Assembly: GCA_001464715.1 (NCBI GenBank)
Contig: LNDT01000025.1
Span: 86,612 to 150,611 of the forward strand
Origin: Bdellovibrionales bacterium Ga0074137
GTDB lineage: Bacteria; Bdellovibrionota; Bdellovibrionia; Bdellovibrionales; JAMPXM01
Direction of reading: 5' to 3'
DNA length: 64,000 nucleotides
Of this stretch, positions 19,348-26,710 are shown piece after piece (the first letter of the stretch is position 1; every line of letters begins with the position of its first letter). The notes under the pieces are model-generated. The model was given only the letters and a program-made list of their open reading frames with translations, was not told where the DNA came from and did not search any database. The position numbers and the translations under genes were made by a program.

Positions 19348-19879
19348 CGGGATACCTCCAGAGTGAGTACGATATAGTACTCAGTTGAAGCTCGGCTCGG
19401 TCGCCAAGGTTCGTTGAGTGATTGAAACTCTTAGGAAATTTTGATTCTAAATTTTTTAAGGCGGTCGCCTAGGTGATGGGAAGGCGACGAGAAGGCGACG
19501 GGGTTGCGACTCTTGTTTTGTGACTAGTTGGCGACACGAGAATATCGAGTCGCTTACCTATTTGTATTGCAAGGCGTACCAACAAATCGACAAAAGTGAT
19601 TTAAGGCTTTGATGTGGCGTGGGAATTTTGATTTTCGCCGAAAAAGCGGAATGAAGAAACATTCAAAAGATTTGAATGTTTCCGGACGCTGATTCAGTGA
19701 TTTCAATATCTTATCCGTGTTCAAATAATTTGAAGGCGTTCACGGAATTTGAGCTTAAGTCTTTTGAATAACTCGAAAGAGCCCACACCGACCGCGTCGC
19801 ACAACTCTGACTGCTCGAATACTTGGACAAAGAAATAAACTGAACTGCGGCAGTATCTCCCTGCGACTAAAGAAGCTGT

Positions 19880-20551
19880 TCAATCTTTAATTCGAGGAAA
19901 ATTGCTGAGGGAGTCGACGTTGCGTTCACCGCTGAATGTGCGGTGCCGTCCCATGCCGCTAATATTCATTCGGTAACTGGGTGCTGTCGACCAAGGGTCG
20001 ACGCCTTTCGAAATCACCAACTGCCCCTCTCGATCGTAACAGGCGACAGTCTGGTTTTCTTGGAAAGGAAACTGCTGACCTTCGGCTGCAACAGGATTCT
20101 TAATCTTTGCTGAGTAGAAGTCCGATTCCCGATGTTCTAGGCCAACCTGGTCTGCGCGATTGCTGAATCCCTCGATATAAAGGTCGCATCCGCCCAAATA
20201 GATTTCTTGGTTATCGACAGAATCGTAAATCGTCGCGCCGATGCGATCATAAGTTTCGAAACGCCATCGAAAGTGCCAAAAACTGTGTCTACGTTCATCG
20301 CCGCGAGAAAGTTCGTATAGATTTCGCAAGCTATCTAGGCGGAGAATTTTTGTATGAGCGTGGATAGCTGCGGTCTGTTTTTGGATTGCTTCGGTATTGG
20401 CTTTTATCGCAACTGAAATCTCAGAACTTTCGTGATTAAGTTTGTTTGAGAACCAAATTGCGTACACCGAAATTCCGGTACCAACAACCGCCCCGATGAC
20501 TGTAGCCATATTGATCCAACCAATTTCCATATTCGCAAAGACACTGTACAT
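19880..20551 (-). CDS. hypothetical protein with an N-terminal TM helix and an unknown C-terminal domain
   Basis: TM segment ATVIGAVVGTGISVYAIWF, then a short coiled segment, then a ~150-aa domain with no motif I recognise. It lies 86 nt downstream of the AbiGi-like gene on the same strand. Confidence 0.55.
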   Translation of the reverse strand: MYSVFANMEIGWINMATVIGAVVGTGISVYAIWFSNKLNHESSEISVAIKANTEAIQKQTAAIHAHTKILRLDSLRNLYELSRGDERRHSFWHFRWRFETYDRIGATIYDSVDNQEIYLGGCDLYIEGFSNRADQVGLEHRESDFYSAKIKNPVAAEGQQFPFQENQTVACYDREGQLVISKGVDPWSTAPSYRMNISGMGRHRTFSGERNVDSLSNFPRIKD

Positions 20552-20637
20552 CCAGCTAGGTTCCCATATTCTACAAAATTGATGCGATAATTGAACTATG
20601 GCGACTGCGTTTTGTTAATTGATCGTGGTGCAGTTTT

Positions 20638-21447
20638 CTACAAAGCAGAGGCCAAATCTTGCCGACCTTTCGATTTAAAGTGGCCGATCAGAACGTCAGT
20701 GTCCCAGTCTGGATCCACAAACATAATCTTGTCAGCGCAAAGTTTTTCGAACTCAGGAATTCGCCCCTCCGGGCACAGACCGAATGCTACGTCGGAAAAT
20801 TCGAACTTCAAATCTCCGACGTGACGCCACTCACGTTCCCAGCGAAAGTCGATTTCGTAGGCCAGCGGGAATTTGGCTTTTCTGGCAGGGCCGAAGGATT
20901 CGAAGAGCGGAAGCAATGGTTTGCAAGCGGTGAGGAACTGCGGATCCGCAAGACGATCGACTGCGTTGTAGATGTCGTCTTTTCTTGAGTCGAAATAAAA
21001 AATCGGATGGCCGCCACGATCGCGAATGAAATCAGTGAAGAATGCGAGGCCAAACTTTTGATAACGATTGAGTTTATACGCGTACTGTGTGGAATTCTGC
21101 GTCGAGCGATAAAACGATCGAAGTTCGCGGAGCGGAGTCTCTGAAAAGCAGACGCATTTCAACCAATCAGGAGGGACGGACCGTCGAAGTTTACTATAGA
21201 TATTGATATCGAATTTAAAGTGACCGAACGGCGCTCTTCCTTCGAGCTTGGGGCCATTGGTCGCGTGAAGAATTTGTTTTAGAGATTTGTCGGCCACTAA
21301 ATTTAACGAGTTGCCGAACTGATAGTGTCCTGATTTAGGCAAGTACTTTTCGTAGTTCTCATAGCTGCCATTTTTTGTCAGATGAATCAGGAAGTTCGAC
21401 AGGTCGGCACGATCAGAGGAAAAGGATTCGCTTGGATTTCCGCCCAC
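20638..21447 (-). CDS. AbiGi-like abortive-infection family protein
   Basis: Motif series FLIHLTK, CVCFSETPL, YQKFGLAF..GGHPIFYFD and FRWEREWRHV parallels the AbiGi family (lfHfTk, CFcDiPL, YG.yGI.f, EREWR). GTG start. Confidence 0.55.
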   Translation of the reverse strand: MGGNPSESFSSDRADLSNFLIHLTKNGSYENYEKYLPKSGHYQFGNSLNLVADKSLKQILHATNGPKLEGRAPFGHFKFDINIYSKLRRSVPPDWLKCVCFSETPLRELRSFYRSTQNSTQYAYKLNRYQKFGLAFFTDFIRDRGGHPIFYFDSRKDDIYNAVDRLADPQFLTACKPLLPLFESFGPARKAKFPLAYEIDFRWEREWRHVGDLKFEFSDVAFGLCPEGRIPEFEKLCADKIMFVDPDWDTDVLIGHFKSKGRQDLASAL

Positions 21448-21503
21448 TTAAAAGCTCGCCTTTCCGTTGATTTTGGCACATAGATCGCATACTTAGTAAG
21501 GAG

Positions 21504-21800
21504 ATGAATAATTCAACGAAGCTTCAAATTTTCACCTTCAGCGACCGTTTTAATTGGTCATTTCTAGATGTTCAAACTGAAGCGTTCAATGCGGCACTTC
21601 GTCGAGCAGAAATCATGGGTTGGTCCGATATTCGCCTCGTGCCAGTAAGCCTCACTCCGAAAATTCAGAACGACGTCCGGAATTATGAATTTGAAATTTG
21701 GGGCGCCGGTGAAGCGGTTCTCGAATCATCGCAAGAATCCGAGTCGGCATTGTCGCCGGTCGAAACTTTCCGTAACGTTGCTCGAGACACCGAACTTTAA
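21504..21800 (+). CDS. hypothetical 98-aa protein
   Basis: ATG ORF divergent from the AbiGi-like gene, with an acidic C-terminus. No motif recognised. Confidence 0.4.
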   Translation: MNNSTKLQIFTFSDRFNWSFLDVQTEAFNAALRRAEIMGWSDIRLVPVSLTPKIQNDVRNYEFEIWGAGEAVLESSQESESALSPVETFRNVARDTEL

Positions 21801-21809
21801 ATCAGTCAA

Positions 21810-21835
21810 AATTTTCGAACGGCCGGATCGCGGCC
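21810..21835 (+). repeat. right copy of an imperfect direct repeat (candidate att site)
   Basis: See 15953-15976. It contains the same ggccg-N5-cggcc hairpin. Confidence 0.4.
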
Positions 21836-21949
21836 AGAACTTTCACAAAATTCTCGATATTCACAAAATTCGTTTTACGATACGTCGATAGCTTCCGATC
21901 CAATCGCCATGATTTCCTAAGTAGCGCCAAGGCGCAGCCTCTGGAGTGA

Positions 21950-22459
21950 TTGTGCACTTATGGCCGTATCAGACCTTACGATGCGGAAACCGGAAGATGG
22001 CTCTCGAAGGACCCCATTTTATTCGCAGGGGGAGACACAAATCTGTATGGGTACGTCCTCGCGGACCCCGTCAATTTGATTGACCCTAGTGGGCTTGCCT
22101 CGTTCCAGGAGAATCTGGCGTATCGACAGAATGCAAACAGTCGAGTGGCTGACCAAGTAACACGTATGGCGACCGGATTTGCGATTGGAAGTTCATTCGC
22201 CAGAAATATGCGGCCGCTAGGTCTCGGTGTCGGATTGTTCGAAGCCTATCGCTATGGTTTTAATATTCCGCTTTTGGGCGTAAGAGGGACCTTACTCGGG
22301 CTCGTAGCGAACTCGGCGGCCCAATCGGCCTTCATATTCGGAGCATTTACGGCTGGCGCTTGGGCCGGTGACTACATTGGGGCGGCGATTGACACTTACG
22401 TCGACAACAACGGGGGCCAATGTAATGCTTTGAGTGGGGCCGGGTTCGGTTCTCATTAG
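21950..22459 (+). CDS. orphan Rhs C-terminal module: Rhs core-end remnant plus an alternative Gly/Ala-rich (glycine-zipper) toxin tip
   Basis: [41 protein letters not shown] matches the end of the main Rhs core. It is followed by a hydrophobic tip with GAWAGDYIG (GxxxGxxxG). There is an in-frame stop immediately upstream, and a TTG start preceded by GGAG. Confidence 0.7.
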   Translation: MCTYGRIRPYDAETGRWLSKDPILFAGGDTNLYGYVLADPVNLIDPSGLASFQENLAYRQNANSRVADQVTRMATGFAIGSSFARNMRPLGLGVGLFEAYRYGFNIPLLGVRGTLLGLVANSAAQSAFIFGAFTAGAWAGDYIGAAIDTYVDNNGGQCNALSGAGFGSH

Positions 22460-22467
22460 GAGGGCGA

Positions 22468-22830
22468 TTGGGCATCGTATATGATAGCGAGCATCAGAAA
22501 CGAGAGACATTCATTTTCAAAAATGGCGACTACCGAGGTGTAATAGCTTTTTTTGCTCTCGCTCCGGTTGCGGTAGTCAGCATTTGGTTTGCCTATCATT
22601 ACCGAAGTGGTGTGGGCGGCATGTTAGCTATAGGATGTGTCGGCTTCATGATTTGGGCAGTGAGCGGAAAATGCCAAATCTGCGGACGACGGTATCTTTT
22701 AGGCTATCTAAATGGTCATTTTGGTAGCGACTGGTTTCATGAAATTATGCATTCGAAAATTTGTTTGAATCCGAATTGTCCTAGTCGTCACAGTTCCACC
22801 TCTCAAAAGGCGGCAGGTGATATTGGGTAG
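22468..22830 (+). CDS. membrane protein with a C-terminal Cys4 zinc-ribbon-like motif, candidate immunity protein for the orphan tip
   Basis: GGAGG lies 4 nt before the TTG start, directly after the orphan toxin stop. Two TM helices. CQICGRR ... CLNPNCPS motif. Confidence 0.45.
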   Translation: MGIVYDSEHQKRETFIFKNGDYRGVIAFFALAPVAVVSIWFAYHYRSGVGGMLAIGCVGFMIWAVSGKCQICGRRYLLGYLNGHFGSDWFHEIMHSKICLNPNCPSRHSSTSQKAAGDIG

Positions 22831-22896
22831 CAGAAAAAGTCGTTCGCGGCTGAAGCTGCGAACGACGAACCTTCGTGACACCCAATTGAGGTAGAT

Positions 22897-23994
22897 ATGG
22901 CCGACGAGTATAAAGTCAGAAGTACGTCGAATGTTTCTGCTGCGGTCGAGGACCGTGAGCTATCATGCTCGACTACAACCCGTCGAATTCTGAGACCAGA
23001 ATTAGTAGACAATCCTAAGAATGCCGACGCCTGTGTCAAAATCTCCATTGTTCATCAAAGGAAGAAGCCGAAGGATGGTTGGGAAGATGTTGAAACTGAA
23101 TCTTTGAATTCGCTTAAGGCCGGTGAGATTAGAAAGCTGAACTTGGATACCGCAGAGACATTGTCTCTTTTCACCGAGCTGAAAAACTTATTCGCGATCA
23201 AGCAAGAAAAAGGCGTCCCTTACGGTGAACGAGACATTGTCGTCGGATACGAGGGGGAAATTATTAAAGCGGACCCCAAAAGGGCGAAGGTCATTCAAGA
23301 GCTGTTGAATCAAGGACACTCCGAGCAAGTTTGGACGGAGTTGGTCAAGCATAAGCCTGACCTGGCAAATAAGCTATGCCTCTTACGAATGCATCAGAAC
23401 AGAGTAGAAGCACTGAAAGAGTTCGAGGCCGGGATGAAAGAAGAAAAGGCGGAAGCCTTCTGGCAGGATTTTTTTGAGCGCAATACATGGATATTTGGTT
23501 TTGGTCTCAACTACAGATTCTTACGACAAGTGCAGAGTCAGCCGTCATACGGAGGAACAAACGTTTCTGGAAGTGGAGCGCAGAGAGGTGACTTTCTCGC
23601 AGCGACAGAGGCAGAGGTCCGATTTACCGTTCTTGTAGAAGTAAAAAAATCCAACACAGCACTGCTTGGTCCGGAGTATCGCAACGGGGCGTTTCCTCCT
23701 AGTCAGGAGTTGGCTGGGGGCGTTGCTCAAGTGCAGACTAACTGCCGAAAGTGGGAAACCGAAGGTTCGCAGTCTGACGAAAACCGCGAAATCTTAGGTG
23801 CCGATAATATCAACAGTGTTCAGCCCAAAGGCATCTTGATTATCGGGAATACGAATCAGCTCAATTCCTCTGCCAAGAAGTCTTCGTTTGAGATTTTTCG
23901 ACGGAATTTGGCGAATCCAGAAGTCATCACTTTTGATGAGTTGTATGAGCGGGCTAAGTACTTTGTCGAACATCCGAAAGACGAAATTGAATAA
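22897..23994 (+). CDS. sduA: Shedu-type defence nuclease (DUF4263 / SduA-like) with an uncharacterised N-terminal domain
   Basis: FWQDFFERNTWIFGFGLNY; PD-(D/E)xK-like RGDFLAA...VLVEVKKS; AQVQ; ILIIGNTNQL; EVITFDELYERA. This order of motifs is typical of DUF4263. Confidence 0.7.
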   Translation: MADEYKVRSTSNVSAAVEDRELSCSTTTRRILRPELVDNPKNADACVKISIVHQRKKPKDGWEDVETESLNSLKAGEIRKLNLDTAETLSLFTELKNLFAIKQEKGVPYGERDIVVGYEGEIIKADPKRAKVIQELLNQGHSEQVWTELVKHKPDLANKLCLLRMHQNRVEALKEFEAGMKEEKAEAFWQDFFERNTWIFGFGLNYRFLRQVQSQPSYGGTNVSGSGAQRGDFLAATEAEVRFTVLVEVKKSNTALLGPEYRNGAFPPSQELAGGVAQVQTNCRKWETEGSQSDENREILGADNINSVQPKGILIIGNTNQLNSSAKKSSFEIFRRNLANPEVITFDELYERAKYFVEHPKDEIE

Positions 23995-24058
23995 CGGCTT
24001 ACTGAGTCGCCGTGCCAAGGGTAAGAGGCTTTATTCTTCAGGGCTAATAGTGAAGAAG

Positions 24059-24538
24059 ATGATTTTGATGCTACCCGGTGTTCTTGTTTTTTGTGGAATC
24101 AGCTTTATGGTGGGATTGTCATTTATTGTCGAGTCTGCTCGTGAAAACATCGAGCACGACAAGCCCTGCGAAAGTTACCAAACATTGAAATGGACTTCTC
24201 ATTTCTCGAAAGAGAGCAAGTACCTGCTGGGAAGTTTATATTCTTTAGGGGTTTGCTCCGCCCAAGACATCCCTCAAGCGAAAGAACTCTATGCATCTGT
24301 ATTCGGAGATGATTCTGCAAGAGTGGCTCAAGCGCTCTTTCACGACGCCATTCAGCTTTCAGATTTCTATGAGCGGGGTCAGAAAGAGCCAAATACGGAA
24401 AACATACACGCGCTGTTGTTAGAGTCGAAACGCTTGGGATTCCAGCCTTCGGTTGGAGAGTTGGGAAACTTGACGGCGCGCGGCCTGAAAGAAATGTTTA
24501 CGGATTCTGCTCGAAGAGAAAAATTAGAGGAGAACTGA
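24059..24538 (+). CDS. membrane-anchored protein with a possible Sel1-like repeat
   Basis: ATG at 24059 (the ORF is open from 23888 but overlaps the Shedu gene there). TM segment MILMLPGVLVFCGISFMVGLSFIV. LGSLYSLGVCSAQDIPQAKELY resembles a Sel1 repeat. Confidence 0.4.
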   Translation: MILMLPGVLVFCGISFMVGLSFIVESARENIEHDKPCESYQTLKWTSHFSKESKYLLGSLYSLGVCSAQDIPQAKELYASVFGDDSARVAQALFHDAIQLSDFYERGQKEPNTENIHALLLESKRLGFQPSVGELGNLTARGLKEMFTDSARREKLEEN

Positions 24539-24645
24539 GGCTAGCCTCAAGGACGTCGTCGAAGTAGGAATGATCGAGTAATCGACAGCGCGGCTTTTCC
24601 GCTTTCGAATTTTTTGGTCGAGTAAACAGCTCGAAGACTTTCGGT

Positions 24646-25251
24646 ATGAACTCCAGCTTACGGAGCGAAAGAAATAGTGGTTTTCGGAATTTTACGGATT
24701 TCTCGAGCGCAAGGCTTGCGAAAATTCTGGCACCGTTCGTAAAAGCCGTGTCCAAGATGTGCGAAAGGAAGAGCGTGAACCAGATTGACTTTGTAAACTG
24801 GGCGACGATTGTTGGCGGATTTGCGGGACTGCTCTCTTTCTCATATGTCGTATGGGAAAAAATGACGACCAGGCCAAAGATACTGACAGGAGTACGGAAG
24901 GCATATTTCCGAATGTCCGAGAATCGCGAAAGGCATAGTTGGTCCGTGGTGATCGGTGTAAGTCTCGACGTTGGCAATATTGGAAACGAACTAACGACGA
25001 TAACAGAAGTGACACTACTTCTTCCAGACAATCACATCTTGAAATCTCAGAAACGAGGTCAAACGTTAATTGTGGACGATTTTGAAACTCGAGTCTGCGA
25101 GCGCGGCGTTGCATTTGTGGATCATCGTGAGTTTTTCGGCCGCGATCAGCCTGAATGGAAGAATGTCGCAGAGGGCATCGTTGTTTTAAAGCTTTTAGGA
25201 GGACAGGAACATCGGCAGAAAGTAACCTTCGAGGTGGAAAAGGGTTCGTGA
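24646..25251 (+). CDS. hypothetical protein with one TM helix
   Basis: The plus-strand ORF has a balanced composition and the TM segment WATIVGGFAGLLSFSYVVW. The competing minus-strand ORF is Ser-rich and low complexity. The start is uncertain (an alternative ATG is at 24757). Confidence 0.35.
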   Translation: MNSSLRSERNSGFRNFTDFSSARLAKILAPFVKAVSKMCERKSVNQIDFVNWATIVGGFAGLLSFSYVVWEKMTTRPKILTGVRKAYFRMSENRERHSWSVVIGVSLDVGNIGNELTTITEVTLLLPDNHILKSQKRGQTLIVDDFETRVCERGVAFVDHREFFGRDQPEWKNVAEGIVVLKLLGGQEHRQKVTFEVEKGS

Positions 25252-25365
25252 AATAAAGCGTGCACTGAGGGCGTCTACAGCCGGACTTATTCGAAAAGAG
25301 CTGACGGTACCTTCACTTATAAGTGCTGCGGGGACGGCGCTACGAATAAACCTCCACTCCAAAAA

Positions 25366-25686
25366 ATGTACTACCCAGCGGGTACGAAGCTAGAATTTGT
25401 AATTGAGGACTTCGTCCGTAAGGGTGAGAGAGATCTGTTCTGGTGTAATGTACAGGGATTTATCTTTCCTATATTATTTGCGTTTTTGATGTTCCTCTTG
25501 GCCGTAAGCCGGTTTGGAAAATTCCACACCGGGAAGTTTGCTTTCTTTTTTCCGGTGCTATCTTTGCCATTTTTTGGAATGTGGTTCCGCCCCAGCACTA
25601 TGATCACGTCATTTTTATGTTTAGCTTTTTCCGCGGTGTGGCTGGTCTTATTCCTCGTCCGGCTGATGCGTCGAAAGTCCGTTTGA
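25366..25686 (+). CDS. small polytopic membrane protein
   Basis: 106-aa ORF with three hydrophobic helices. No motif recognised. Confidence 0.35.
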   Translation: MYYPAGTKLEFVIEDFVRKGERDLFWCNVQGFIFPILFAFLMFLLAVSRFGKFHTGKFAFFFPVLSLPFFGMWFRPSTMITSFLCLAFSAVWLVLFLVRLMRRKSV

Positions 25687-25817
25687 TTGGAGTGGCAAAC
25701 TTCGGCGCTTTTGGTCCTGCGAGGATTCCTTGGGGGCGCGCTAGCAAGGTAAAAGAGGTCTATTCTCACGACTTTTCCGTCCATGGCTTAAGGAAATCTG
25801 GTAGACTCTTGCTTGAT

Positions 25818-26630
25818 ATGAAATTCATCGATGTTCACGTTCACTTGGATAAATTGAAGACGCCGTTTGAAGAAGCTTTGGCTTCGGCGGCGGCTTGCGG
25901 TGTTACGCGGGTGATTACGATTGGGACCGAGCCCGCGGATCATCCGGTGGTTTTGGGCTATGCGAAGAAGTATTTCCCGCAAGTGGCCTGCACTTTGGGT
26001 ATTCACCCGCACGAAGCGCAGTTGTGGTCTGAAGACGTCGGTGCTTGGATTCGGTCCAAGGTTTTGTCGGAGGACGCTGAAGAGTCTCGTGGGATTGTCG
26101 CGGTCGGCGAAATCGGGCTCGATTACTATGATGAAAATGGCGCACGAAATCTTCCGTCGAAAGACATCCAGCGAAATGCGTTTCGGCGGCAGATGGATTT
26201 GGCCGAAGAGCTTGGGCTTCCGGTTGAAATTCACACCCGCGATGCGGATGACGATTGTGCTATGATTTTGAACGAGTACCGGGGACGCGTGACCGGGCTG
26301 CTTCACTGCTTCACGTCGTCCATGGCGCTTGCGAAAACGGCCGTGGATTGCGGATTTGATATTTCAATCAGCGGTGTCGTGACTTTCAAAAATGCAGTCG
26401 CACTTCGCGAAGTCGTTCAGTTCTTGCCGCTCTCAAACCTTCATGTCGAGACCGATGCGCCGTTTTTGGCGCCCGTCCCTCAGCGCGGAAAATCGAATTT
26501 GCCTGAATTCGTCCTTCACACCGCACAATTCGTGGCTGATCTGAAAGGCATTTCGCTGGATGAACTTTCACGGGCGACGCGCGCCAACGCCAAGCGACTG
26601 TTCCCAAAACTGAGTATGGACGAATCTTAG
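25818..26630 (+). CDS. TatD-family metal-dependent hydrolase (YcfH-like)
   Basis: MKFIDVHVHLD start motif, GEIGLDY, PVEIHTRDA, LHCF and ETDAPFL motifs. The listed ORF start at 25581 is an upstream extension. Confidence 0.85.
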   Translation: MKFIDVHVHLDKLKTPFEEALASAAACGVTRVITIGTEPADHPVVLGYAKKYFPQVACTLGIHPHEAQLWSEDVGAWIRSKVLSEDAEESRGIVAVGEIGLDYYDENGARNLPSKDIQRNAFRRQMDLAEELGLPVEIHTRDADDDCAMILNEYRGRVTGLLHCFTSSMALAKTAVDCGFDISISGVVTFKNAVALREVVQFLPLSNLHVETDAPFLAPVPQRGKSNLPEFVLHTAQFVADLKGISLDELSRATRANAKRLFPKLSMDES

Positions 26631-26710
26631 TTAAGACTTGCCGCGAACAATTGCTTCCCGCAACTGCGCGGCCGGTCCGCCAAACATCGGAAATTGAATC
26701 TCGGCGGAAA

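Larger units (their letters stand above)
15953..21835. mobile_element. candidate ~5.9 kb integrative element (two tyrosine recombinases, Xis-type HTH fusion, cargo genes) bounded by imperfect direct repeats
   Basis: Direct repeats lie at both ends in intergenic DNA. The recombinase genes abut the left repeat, and all six enclosed genes are non-housekeeping. Confidence 0.45.

Noticed and set aside
24498-25031. 177-aa minus-strand ORF in the post-Shedu region
   Set aside because: It is Ser/Pro/Phe-rich and low complexity. It runs opposite to all neighbouring genes, and the overlapping plus-strand ORF has a more protein-like composition with a clean TM helix. The call is still uncertain.
25581-25817. 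N-terminal 79-aa extension of the TatD ORF
   Set aside because: The extension overlaps the preceding membrane-protein ORF. TatD-family proteins start at the M-x-x-I-D-x-H-x-H motif found at 25818.
15953-25817. Prophage interpretation of the island
   Set aside because: I recognised no terminase, portal, capsid, tail, or lysis genes. The content fits a small integrative element plus defence and toxin cargo rather than a phage.
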